Shown one piece after another: positions 1 to 12,528 of a stretch of 64,000 nt of DNA. The translations under genes were made by a program, and so were the position numbers. The notes below the pieces were generated by a model. That model ran no database searches and was not told the DNA's origin. It worked only from the letters and a program-made list of their open reading frames with translations. Source of the DNA: Cycas panzhihuaensis (taxonomy: Eukaryota; Plantae; Cycadophyta); contig CM041465.1 of assembly GCA_023213395.1 (NCBI GenBank), positions 190,099,741 to 190,163,740 of the forward strand, in the 5' to 3' direction. The first letter of the stretch is position 1; every line of letters starts with the position of its first letter.

Positions 1-423
1 CAAGATAAACTATGAAGCATTTATCAATATAAAATTGTAATAAATAATAATAAGATATAAACATTCACAAGGTATTTATGATAAGCATTTAAGTATAATA
101 AATGAAATATGTATATATTAATAAACATAGCAATCGTGATAAAAAGATAAAATATGAGACATTAGATTTATAAGTAAAATACCCAAGATGAAAAAAAATC
201 ATAGGAGGAGGGTGGAGCTTTATTCTCTTTAAATTTTTAATTATTCAATTGATATGTATATATATTCATAAGTTTATTAGCTTATGTATCAACCAATTAT
301 AACATATTAACACATCAACTAATTATATTACATGTGTGAGATACCTTTCACATTGATAAATGACTACTAAACTCACTAATTAAATATTAATAATCAATAT
401 TCATAAAATTAAATATTCCAATA
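1..423 (-). mobile_element. Partial LTR (reverse orientation) of the copia-type LTR family also at 19905, 21679, 36872, 37393 and 41339
   Basis: Similar to 37393-37800 (e.g. gatttataagtaaaat...cataggaggagggtggagctt). Ends aaatattccaata, the decayed reverse complement of the family start TGTTGGAATATTT. Confidence 0.55.
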
Positions 424-448
424 CTTCCAATAAAATAGATAACTTGAC

Positions 449-796
449 TTGGATCGATAGGTTGATTACTAACAACTAGCTTTATTGGTCAATTGATATG
501 TAAATAGGTAAATATACTAATTATCAAATAAATTAATTAATATATTAGTAGATTGATTAATTTTTTAATAGATCAATGGATAGATTCACACACACACACA
601 CACACACACACATGTACACATCTGCACACACACATACACACACATATATATGTCAATCTATCCATTGATCTATTAAAAAGTTAATCAATCTATCAATATA
701 TTAATTAATTAATTAACTTGACAATTAATATATTTACCTATTTACATATTGATTGATTAATAAAGCTAGTTACTATTAATCAACATATCAATCCAA
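449..796. repeat. Long inverted repeat (fold-back/MITE-like), ~140-bp arms around a (CA)n loop
   Basis: 449-586 (ttggatcgataggttgatt...aatagatcaatggatagatt) is the reverse complement of 655-796 (aatctatccattgatctatt...aatcaacatatcaatccaa) with scattered mismatches. Confidence 0.9.
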
Positions 797-989
797 CTCT
801 TTTATATATATATAGATGTACATACACATACATAAAAAGAATATATATACAAGTAAAGTTATGAGATAAAGAGAACTTATATACATACAAACTCTTAGAA
901 GAGCATACCTACATCATATTTATAGTTACAATTATAATCATACTTATAGTCCATAATATAATTAAAAGGTGGATTATAACCTTTACTCT

Positions 990-2220
990 TCTAGAAAATA
1001 TGACATGGACACTTGGGTCAAGTTAAAGTAGGGTTAGTCCTATATAATAAAGAGGGATGTTTAAGTGCTTATAGTGAAATGTCCTATATTATATGTAAAT
1101 AAATATGAAATATAGCTCCCTTAGGCCTACTATAACCTTGCTTATTGTTTAATAGAAATGGGAAAGTATTAGCATGATTTTTATGATTGGACTACCCATG
1201 TTAGAGGGAAAGCATGTCATATATATAATAATAGATTGTTTAATAATTTTTTCCCATTTTATACCAATTCAATCCATATATAAAGCTCCTCAATTGGTAG
1301 AAATATTTATTTAAGAAATACATAGATTCCATGGACTACTACATGTTATCATTAGTGATTGGGATCTAAAGTTCATTAGTCACATATGGTAAGAGACGTT
1401 CAAACAAGTTGGAATGAAATTATTGATAAGAGTGAGTTACCATCTATAGGTATATGGCTAATGTGAGGGAATTATTAAATAATTTAAAAGTTACTTGAAG
1501 AGTTATGTGACTAACAAATAAAAATTATGCATAAAATGCTTACACCTAGTTAAAACTTGGTGCAATTCCTCTGATCATGTATTTATTAAAATATTACCAT
1601 TACAAACCCTATAAATCTATGAGCCAACTAGATTGAAAGACTAACTAATAAAAGAATGAAGGATTCTAGCAATTATAGATTACTTTCAAGAAACATAAGA
1701 TATGATTTAGATCTTAAAGGAGCACTTGGGAGGAGGTAATGAATTAGATGAATTAATAAGCTAACAAACATTACATAGAGAGAGAATTTATCATTAGAGA
1801 TTGGGTTTATATTACAACCTTATAAATAGGCCTTTTTAATAGCGTCTCAAAAAGAAAAGTTAAGCCCAAGTTATATGGGCCATATTTGCTAAGGCAAAAA
1901 ATTAGGAAAGTTGCTTATACCATAGATCTTTCTGATGCTTCTCAAATATATAATGTATTCCATATCTATTACTTAAACAAAAGAATAGGTGCCTATGTTC
2001 TAATATAAACAAAATTTCCACTCTTATATGAAGAAGGAGAATTGGTTCATAATCCTAAAGTCATCATCAAGACATGTGAGAAACAATTATAATTAAAGAC
2101 AATCTAGGATCATTAAATTAAGTGGAAATAATTGCCTCTTCAGGATGCCATATAGGAATCTATTAACATCCTCATCTAGTATCCTGAATAATAGACTAAA
2201 AGTTTTGAAGGAAAAAACAT
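990..2220 (+). pseudogene. pol: Ty3/gypsy integrase + chromodomain remnant
   Basis: Translates with stops to GLPMLEGKHVIYIIIDCL, EIHRFHGLLHVIISDWDLKF, IYNVFHIYYLK and IKWK*LPLQDAI*E. Followed by a PPT (aagggggaggact, 2224-2236). Confidence 0.85.
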
Positions 2221-2236
2221 CCTAAGGGGGAGGACT

Positions 2237-2450
2237 TGTTACATACTACCATTAGGATTTGTAATAAAATAATAATTATTTGAATTAGGTTGACATGGGA
2301 AAGGTTTTATTATTTGGTAGGCTATGGATTGGGCAATATAAATATTATTTTATATCAACCTATATTTGTCTTTTTATCAATTATCAATCAAACTAATATA
2401 TTTCTTTTCTTACATCTTGGCATATGTAATCTTTAGCTTTTAGTAGTAAT
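2237..2450 (+). mobile_element. 3' LTR of the upstream gypsy remnant
   Basis: Starts TGTTAC right after the PPT. Homologous to 42337-42555, which is followed by a PBS. Confidence 0.75.
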
Positions 2451-3827
2451 TTATTAGTTTGCCTTTGATTTTTAAATTCTTCTCATTATGTTTGCTAATA
2501 ATATTCACTAAGTTAACGATTAGGATTTTCTAATGCCTCAAATGAAGGGAAATATTTATTGTAAAGTGGATATCTTCTCCTAGTAAATAGATACTCACTC
2601 TTCCCATATCCATCTTTTCCTAAACATTCAAATCTTAACCTCAAAATTTTCACTAAACTACCCTTCTTTGTCTGTCAAATATAATATGTTTTAATATAAA
2701 ATCTTATAGAATCTATCCCCACCTCTTATGTTACATTCATTTTCATTTAATGTGTTCAAACATTGTGATTTGTAGGGTAAGACTCCATTTTAAATTTTTA
2801 TTAAAGGAGTGTTATGAATCTTATCTATAACTCATGTATAATGTACTAACTATTCTTATCCTAAATAAGGGAAGAACTATATTAATTAATAAATAAGGGT
2901 ATCTTTTAGGAAGTTAGTTTTGTTAGGAGGGAACTTTAAGATGATTAGATAAAGAGGACTTGATGCTTTATAATTTCATGATTCATTATGGATCCACACT
3001 TGAGAGTCCAACTCTTAAAGGGACTTATTCCTATTTGGTTTTCTAACATAACGTTTGAGACACTAGATTATTTATTTCTATGATTACAAAAGGAAACCCT
3101 TGGCATAGGTTTCTCTTCAAGTGACATCATACTGAAGGAAATTTAATTCATGATTTTATATTTATCTTTGGCAATTGTACATTATTAGAGAGATATTTTA
3201 TAAAGGTGAGAAAACCATAAGGATAGTAAACATATCCACACGAGTTGAAAACTATGAGGATAGTATACATATTTATAGGGAGAATTTTAATAAATTTTAA
3301 TTCCTTAATTCATATAGCAAACTACCCATCTTATCATTTGTAACATTATTAACATATTTGTAAGATACATGTATTAACAAGAAATATTTTTAGAGATGAA
3401 TAGGTATTTGCCTCCACTAAATTTGAATATTTAACCATCAATATTTTAATGAGGTTTCATAGTTGAACAAATATATCTTAACATGTGAAGATAAAATATG
3501 AATTACTTCATTTAGGTAAGAGATTATAGTTGCATGTTTATTAGTGCCAACTTTGAATTAAATGCATTCCTCTAACAAAACCTTTCATGTTATTAAATAT
3601 TATAAGTAGGAGGCCTTATCCTTTGAATTAATTCATGTCATCACAACACTACATATCATTTATCACACTCCAAGGTCATTTATGATTCAATAGCTCAAAA
3701 GTTGGTGAGATTCAAGTGTCACAAATAGACAATGTATTTCATAGGAAAACAAATAATCACCAACTGCTAAAGTGGATTTAAGAGTAAGTGGGGCATAGAA
3801 GCTATGGGGCCATAAATGTTGGATAAT

Positions 3828-4172
3828 TGTCATAAGGGAAGGTTCATGACCATCAACAAAGAATTAATGAAAAAGGAAAAATAGAAGCTTGAGTGAAATG
3901 CCAAAACTTAATTCATCTATACATACATCAAAATAAAGCAAATAGAAAAATATTTAATAAAAAAGTTCACATAAATTAAATATAATAAATATAGGAGAAT
4001 GGTCTAAAATTTTGATGATGTTTTGTCCCTTAATATAGATATATATAAATATAGAGAAGAATCCCAACAATAATGGTCAAGCACCACTGAGAGGATTAAT
4101 GAATTAATTATCAACTTACATACCCTAAAATAAACATTAGAACATTTAGTCCCAAAATAAGATTTTGAGGAA
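3828..4172 (-). mobile_element. LTR-like repeat nested in the 2810 element
   Basis: Homologous over ~340 bp to 48318-48657. That copy is followed by the reverse complement of a PPT (ttccaccttcc). Confidence 0.6.
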
Positions 4173-5935
4173 GAAAAAGGGTCAAAAGATTTTAGTAGTA
4201 ACACTAGTATAAAGAAAGTTGAGAAAATAGATAAAGATTAAAAAGATCATAAGAGATATAATAATTGTCAACCACTGGTCTTTTGCCATAATATTAAACT
4301 ATCGATCTATTTGTAAGATGGAGATGTTAAAGCAAATAAGTGGCTATCTGAGATATAATATGCCATTGACTCAATCTAGATAAATGACATTCAAGAACAA
4401 ATTAACTCCCTTATAGATCATTGAATGGAATCTATATATTAGTGGGCACTTTTATAAACAAGGTAAGGAAAGTTAACCTAATTCAAGTACTTCAATGAGG
4501 ATTTTAGGAATCGCATAAAGGACTAGTAGAGTGACCCATATCACATCCAACTAGCACATTGCTTTCAAGGGGAACAATTAGTTAAGTAATTCATATAATG
4601 GTTTCAAAGACTCTATTTAAAGGTTGGTACGACTTCCACCTATGCTTTTATATTCTATATTAGTAATTTATAACCTAATATTTGAGTATATATACATTGC
4701 TTTGAGCCAAACATATTATATGATATAATGAATTTAATAGGTCAAATTGAATCCAAAAGTCAAATTACTTAGAGAAGGTTCAATACAACACCACTAGCAA
4801 ATCAAAGTTTAGAATATAAGCTAGATGGACTAAGTAATCAAGGTTTTTGGAATTGCTAGTACATAGATTCTAATACTAATGGAGCTTTTAATGTAATACA
4901 AAAGATAAGGGAGATCAAGAGAGTTAAAGAAAAGGCCTTTTACATCTAACATACATGTAAAAGTTAATGAAACAAAGGACACAAGTGCATAGAAATAAAA
5001 TATACAATATGGAGGTTGACATTAAGGATAATAAGAGGTAAAAACCTCAATAAGACTTTGACAAATAATAATTAGATGAAGAATCATTAGGTATATTAGA
5101 GTTAAATGATGGCCAGCCTTAGATCTCTATATTTTCAATATCTAACATTTAGTGGCCAAACACCATCAAGCTCTTTAGATACTTGAGAGAGCAAAAGGTT
5201 ATAATGCTCATTGATTTAGGCAGTACCTATAATTTCATTGATGCTCAAGTTTCCAAGAGATTAGGGATATATGTAGGGTAGAAGGACTTCAATGTCATAC
5301 TTCTAAGAGACTGCACCTTAATAGGCCATACTAAGATCAAGCACAAGTTTATTTAGATCAATAGTTATTATCTACCAATGGATTATTGTACTTTTCTTAT
5401 TAGCAATTATGATATAATATTAAGAGCTAAGTGGCTAGGGACACTTGGGACATATACTCTAAACTTAGTCAAAAGTATCAGTTTGTGAGAAAGAGGCACA
5501 TGCACAATGTAATTACAGAATCATAAATTATGCAAACATAGGTAACAAGATAATACTGCACATGTGCACAGATTGATAGGTGGAAAACCCCTTCTGGGGA
5601 AGAAAAACCACCTCCTAAAGTTCTAGTTTTATTAAGAATTACTGTAAATAGAAAGACAAATATGTAAACCACCTAACACCTAAACTGGCCTTTAAAAAGA
5701 CATCAAGATAACCCTCCTAGATTCATGGAACCCACTCCTTGAATCTAGGAAATAAATTTATATAACGAAAGGTTCGTTGAAATGTTGTTTTGCATTTCAA
5801 CCACCTTTCAGATAAGTTAATTAATAAACATAAAGTTTAAACATTAGGATAACTTAAATATACATTTAGACATATGACTTAAATATGAACTTTAAAAGAT
5901 TATATTAACATTATAACATCCCCCTTTAATGTAAA

Positions 5936-8900
5936 CTATTGTGCTGTAGAAAAAGAAGGTCTTCATCATGGTGATCCCCCTTTGATAGAGACTTCTTTTA
6001 TCTATAATAGATCTTTGAGATTTAGAAACTTTACTTCAATTAAAGACTTTGTAAGAATATCAACAATATGTAGATCTGTTGGAAAATAAGACAAAGAAAC
6101 AAGATTATCAGTAACTAAATTGCGAATAAAATGCTGATATAATTCAATATGTTTAGTCCTGGAATGTGAAAATAGATTTGTAGCTATAGCAATTACACAT
6201 CGATTATCAACTTTAATTTTAATGGAAGAGTTTATAGATAGACCAATTTCATTTAGTAAAGATTTGAGCCAAAGTGCTTCTTTACCAGCTTCAACAAGTG
6301 CACGATATTCTACTTCAGTTGTAGATAAAGCAAGTGCCTGTATTTTCTTACTAGACCAAGTAATAGATGATGAATCTATAAAAAATACATAACCTGAAGT
6401 AGATTTATGATCAGTTATATCACCTACCCAATCAGAATTAGTATATACAATTAAAGTTAGAGGTTTATTACAAAAATTATAAGTTAAACCATAAAACAAA
6501 GTATGCTTTAGATATCGTAAGATACGTTTGGCTACTTTCCAATGAGATTCATGTGATTGTTGCATACAACAAGAATATAAAGCAGTAGTATAAGAAATGT
6601 TAGGGCAGGTGTGAGTTAGATAAATAAGACTACCCATTAATTATCTATATAGTATAAGATCATATAAAGGTGATGAACAATTAGTAGACAGCTTAACTCC
6701 TGATTATAACATATTAGATACAGGTTTAGCATTTTCCATGTTAAACTATTGAATTAAGTCTAGAATATACTTAGGTTGAGATATTGTTATATTTGAATGA
6801 TTTTGATAAACTTGTAAACCAAGAAAGTAATGTAATAGACCTAAATCGGTCATTTCAAATTTATTCATTAAAGTAGATTTTAGATGATGAATATTATAAG
6901 TTAATGATCCAGTAATGATAATGTCATCAACATAGAGGATTAGAATAGTAAGATTTTTATTTTCACATTTAAAATAAAGATTTGGATCAGTAATATATCT
7001 AGTGTATCCAATATGAATTAAATAATCATCGACTTTGGTATACCAAGCTTAAGGAGCTTGTTTTAAACCGTAAATGGATTTTTCAAGTTTGTAAACTAAA
7101 TTAGAATTTTTAATGAATCTAGGTGGCTGAGACATATAGATCTCTTCTTTGAGATCACTACTCAAGAAAGCACTCTTAATATCCATTTGGTGGATTTTCC
7201 AACCAAACTTGGCTGCAAGAGCAATAATTATTTTTATTGTGTTCATCTTTGTAATAGGGTCAAAGGTTTTATTATAATCAATGCCATCTATTTGAAAAAA
7301 TCCTTTTGCAATAAGGTAAGCTTTATATTTTTTAACTGCACCTGTTGAGTTATATTTTATCCTATAAACCTATTTACAGTCGACGATATTTTTCCCAGGT
7401 GGGAGATGAATAAGATCCCAGGTTGAATTTTTAATTAAGGCATCAAATTTAGTCTGCATAGCATCCTACCATATAGGATTATTGATAGCTTGTTTAAATG
7501 TTTTAAGATCATTGTTGTCTATTATTTTTTCCATTAAGGAAAAATTGGCATGTAGTTTTTGTACATGTGTGCATCTAGTATCGGTAGGATTACCTATATC
7601 AGATCTAGCATCAGCAAGTGTTTTTTTTGCCCAAACAGGTTGTTGTGAGTAATTGTATCTAAAGATGCAGGTTGATTTGATAAACTAGCCTAAAGGGAAG
7701 GATCTATTTCAGTAGGTTCGAATAGAGTCTAATTTTGGATTTGAGTTGATAAGGATTCTATAACTTTTAGATCAGCTTGTTTATTAGAGGGGTCAACCAA
7801 ATAAGTGTTGGTTAACAAACTTTTAATAGGAAGTTCTACATAAGTAGATGTTGAAGAAGATCCTTCTTTATCAAATATTACATCACTCAAAATAGAAATT
7901 TGATGAGTGACTGGATCTAAGAGTCTATAAGCTTTACTCTCTTCGTTGTATCCAACAAACATGTATTTTTGACTTTTTTTGTCTAACTTTTTACGTTTTT
8001 CATGAGGGATGTGTCCCCATGCAATATTGCTAAAGATTCATAAATGATTGATAGATGGTTTTTTTCCAGACCATTTTTGTTCTAGAGTAACATTCTGTAG
8101 ACATTTACTAGGTAAATGATTTAATAAATAGTTAGAGCAGTTAATTGCTTTTGCCTATAATTTTAAATCTAGATTCTTTGCATGTAACATGTAACGAGTC
8201 ATCTCAACTAGAGTACAGCTTTTACGTTCAACAACACTACTTTGTTGAGGTGTATATGCAACAGAATGTTGGAACCAAATTTCATGTGATTTGTAAAAAG
8301 AAGTGAATTTTCCACTTAAATATTCCTTAACATTATCAAATTGAAATATTGTAATTTTTGAATTTGATTGATTTTCACCTAATATTTTATACTTAACAAA
8401 AATATCAAACATTTGACTACGTGTTTTAAGCATGTAAACCCAACATTTTCTTAAATAATCATCTATAAATGTAACAAAATAATGAGAACCTAAGTATGAT
8501 GTTACATGAAAGGGTCCACATATGTCAGAGTGGACAAGTTCAAGTGGAGCAGTTGCTCTAAGTTAAGTTTTATTTGGAAATGGATCCATGTGTTGTTTGC
8601 CTGTCACACAGGCTTCATAAACACCAAAAACAGTATTTAAGGGTGGTAAACCATGAACCATTTCATACTTCTTTAAATATTACAGTTTGCCATAACTTAT
8701 ATAGCCAAATCGTGCATGCTAAAGTTTATTGATTGAGTCAGATTTGGCAATAAAGGCACTAAAAGATTTTGTTTTGTTATTTTGAAGACTTGTTAGACTA
8801 TAGAGACTTGTGTTATGATCAATAGCTCCTGAGGTAATACATTTGAATTTGTTTAATGGTTCCTTAATGATAAATTTATTTTTCCAGAATTTGACGATAA

Positions 8901-10143
8901 GGTCTTTCTGGCAGATTTGATAGACAGAAAGTAGGTTTGGTAACAAACTAGGTACATAAAAGGTGTCCTTGATTGAACCATCTTTTATAATAACGTCATC
9001 AGAGTTCATATCGGATTAATAAGTGGTTAAATTTTTCTGGTGTCCAATCATGTGATGGGACGCACCAGAGTCAAGGATCCACTGTGGTGGTTGATTTGAA
9101 GGGGCAACAAATGCAAAAGTTGTTACTGCTAAAGAGTGATTATGGGATTGATGATTTTGGGTTCGTGATTGAGAATATGATTGAGGTTTATTTTGCAATC
9201 CCTTGGGAGCTTTCCATGCTTCTAAAGTTATTCTACTTCTATAGACATCAATAGTGTGGCATCTTTTATGACAATAGGCATAACTAGTGTTCTGAGAAGA
9301 AGTTGCGTTGTTCCTATTATGAAAGAATTGATTAAGAGTATTCTAGTGTTTAGTTGGACCAGAATATTTTATATTGTTTTGTGAATTAGACGGTGAACCT
9401 CTCTGAGGTTTCTGAAACTTTAGATTACTATGAAAATTATTCTATTATTTGGTTTTAAATTGTGGCTTAGCTTTGGAAAATAAAACCTGTCAAGGTTCTT
9501 TTAATGCGCTTGTTTGAATTAACATTATCTGATGTTCAATCAGCTGGTTTATCAATTGATTGAATGTTATAGGTGGGTTGCCAGCTTATTGTCTAGCAGT
9601 TTTGTAGAGATTAAAGTATTTTGGTAGTTTGTTTACTGCAACATGTACGAGTGTGTCATCATCTCTAGCATGCATAGTTATTTTTTCAACATCACCTTCT
9701 TTGGTTTTAGACTTGGTGTAGTTATCTAGATCTTTATTAATTAATTAAATTTTAGTTAAAAAATCCTCAACATTAGAAAAATCGTCAAAAGCAAGGTTAT
9801 ACAATTACTATTCTAAGATAGCCACTTGATGTATATCTACCTTGTCATATTTTTCTTGCAAGGTTTCCCAGACAATGGCTAAGTCATCTATTTAAGAAAA
9901 CTGCCGACTAATTTCTGGTGAAAGTGAGTTTAATATGGTGCCTAAGGTGGCATCTGAGTTTATCAGATATACCATATAACTCTCTATAGTATCTACTTTT
10001 GGTTTTTGAAATTCACCTGTCACATATCACCATATCTTTTACTATTTGAGCTGATCGAATATGTGATTCCTCCAGTCAGCATAGTTTGAGCCAGTTAATA
10101 CTAGAATTAGAACGCAGGTGATTATCCTTGGCATTAATGCCAT
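5936..10143 (-). pseudogene. gag-pol: Copia gag-pol polyprotein with in-frame stops
   Basis: Start MALMP..LTGSNYADW; protease WILDSGASHHM; integrase LELVHSDICGP, YTPQQSSVVERK and MFVGYNEESKAYRL; RT WKIHQMDIKSAFL, LEKSIYGLKQAP and LYVDDI; RNase H YTNSDWVGD..STTEVEY..SRTKHIE (ORF track 6002-9198). Confidence 0.95.
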
Positions 10144-11105
10144 ATTAGGAATGTTGAGGTTCGATTGTAGATTGAAGAGTTATGAAGGTGATTGAAAAAA
10201 TAATCACTTAGTAAAAGTACTAATAATGTTAATAGATATAATTTAAGAAGGTATTCTAGTATGTATTAGTTGTATTTAAGAAAAAAATCATATGTTTGTA
10301 GACAAATGAATAAACAAACAACTTCTTAAAAATATTGCCTTAAGTAGTCCCTTTTGATAAATAGTTCTCTTTGAGAAATAGTCCCCCTTTGATAATTAGT
10401 TATCCTTACTCCTTAAAGAAATAAAAAAATCCCCCTTAAAAAGTAAATGTTAGCTAAAAAAAGGTTTATTGATATTTAAAAAATAACGTGTGAAAAAAAA
10501 AACAAAAAAAAAAATTCAAGCTCAAAAATTTTAATATAAAAGTATACCTCTAAAATTAATAATCACCACCTTTTTATTTCTGCTGGTTGTGGATAGACTT
10601 TATTCTTTAATCTTGTGAATAAATTTCTATTTGTTTATGAAAAAACATGCAAGTCCTGTTACCATCTTTGCCTTTATTTGTGAGTAGGTCTTCCTAGCAC
10701 ATTTAGACTAATACATTTAGAGATATATCAAACACCTAGAATAGTCAATATAGATACCTTTGAATTTACTTTTCTTATTAATTTAAGAGTTCTATTCCTT
10801 TCCTTTTTAGATGTTTCATATTCCATTAATCACATAAGTTAGCTATGTATAATATTTTATAATAAGAGAGAGAAATTAAAATATATTATTAGTGTTGATT
10901 TTGCCTAAGTTGATTAGGCTAGATTTTAAATAACTTGTTAATATGATTAAGATGGTGTTGAGTTGTAAATGGAGGTTATTAGCTTAGTGTACTAAGAGAT
11001 TAACTTAAAAAGTAATAAGAAAAAAAGCAAAAGAGGGGGGGGTGTAATATCTACCCTAAAATTTGATTAAAAAAAGGGTTTTTAAGTAAATGTGATTAAG
11101 GGGGT

Positions 11106-11370
11106 GTAATAAGGGGGGAGGTATTTTGATTAAAATCTAATAAGGGAGGGGGGGATTTAATTAAATTAAAATGTAATAAGGGAGGGGAGATTTTGATTAA
11201 ATTAAAATGTAATAAGGGAGGGGAGTATTTGATTAACTTAAAATGTAATAAGTGAGGGGGGGTATTTGATTGTATCAAAATATAATAAGGGAAAGAGGGG
11301 GTATTTGATTTAATCTAAATCAAAATATGATAGGGGGGGGGGGGGGGGGGGGCTTATATTTTATTAAATC
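11106..11370. repeat. ~36-bp tandem array (~6 copies) plus a G-run in the copia 5' leader
   Basis: Unit taataagggaggggag-attttgattaaattaaaatg repeated. Poly-G at about 11333-11352. Confidence 0.85.
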
Positions 11371-11539
11371 AAAATTAAAAAAATAAAAATAAAAAAACCT
11401 AAACCTAAATAGACGGACCCGATGGAGTTTTAGAAATTTTAAAAGAAAATTAAATTTAAAATTTAATTGAGATCTAGGAGGGGGGGTAGGTTATTTGAAA
11501 CCCTACCTGGACATTTTTGATGGCGACGGTGCTCTATTT

Positions 11540-11710
11540 ACAGGTCTTCAAGGCATTTGCAGGTCTTTAAGGTGAGTGAGTTGCTTTGTTTGTAGGTCTT
11601 CGTGCTTGCTCCTTTGGATGGACAGAGGTTTCAGCTATTTAGAGGTCTTCATGTTTGCTCCTTTGGATGGACAGAGGTTTAAGTTACTTGCAGGTCTTCG
11701 TGCCTACTCC
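11540..11710. repeat. 49-bp tandem repeat (2 full copies + 1 partial) preceded by 19-bp caggtctt units
   Basis: aggtcttcgtgcttgctcctttggatggacagaggttt at 11594 and 11643, partial at 11692. Confidence 0.85.
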
Positions 11711-12516
11711 TCTGCAGCCTCTCCCACATCAGCCAGCCTACAACACCAAGCATGGGTAGACTGATTCTTTCAAGGGGGTGCTCGAACGAGCAACCTTGTG
11801 GCTTCATGATAAGTGAGGAGGCAACGTAAAGACTACTACGAGTGAGGAGGCAAGGGGAAGATTAAATCATTGGCACGAAGGGATCAATATGCGATCAATG
11901 GTATTTCTCACAACATGACTACAGTGAGACAGTGCGCATTTATAGGCACTCACATTATGGAAGATGCAATGCCCGACAGTAGGGTTTAACCAGATGGAGG
12001 ACATTACTCAGCGATCAAGCGGCTTAAATCATGCACTATCATCACACGCGAATATGGAGATTAAATAGACAACAAACCAATAGGTTAGTCTTCAATGGGT
12101 GATGCTTCACAGGTAGCAACAATTTTAAGATAGTAGTTGGGTGTTGAAAATACAATTAAGCATAAGTACTATAGTCACGAGTGAACCAATCATTCCATGA
12201 GAGGTACAAACTTATACAATTGAGATGTCTCCCTTCCACATAGTCTACAAACTTATCAACATAGAGCTGGTTACATTAGTTGAGATTCCTTGCTACAGGC
12301 AGGTGTATGACGTTCACATGGGTGAAAAATAGAGATGAACGGAGGAAATAAGATTCAAACTAACAGAGGCCCATAGAACAAACTCAAACATGGTTTGGTC
12401 AATTTTCAAATAGAATTTGAACGAAGTACAAACACGGTTCCATTTTTTCAACAAAACAAGACAATTCTTTTCAATACAAAAAAAAACTTTAGCAAAATGA
12501 GTATACACGAGAATTT

Positions 12517-12528
12517 GCTCTGATACCA
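12517..12528 (-). promoter_or_regulatory. Primer-binding site (tRNA-iMet) of the copia element
   Basis: gctctgatacca abuts the 5' LTR. Confidence 0.95.

Noticed and set aside
3133-3577. Possible solo LTR TG..CA
   Set aside because: No TSD (catac/aaacc) and no second copy in the window.
5478-5672. Duplicated small ORF MVYIFVFLFT.. (also 12448-12717)
   Set aside because: Lies inside the two copia LTRs; the duplication is explained by LTR identity.
11096-11278. Repetitive ORF PPLLHFNLIK
   Set aside because: Translation of the 36-bp tandem array.
11106-11710. CRISPR-like appearance of short repeats
   Set aside because: Head-to-tail repeats with no unique spacers, no cas genes, and a eukaryotic TE context.
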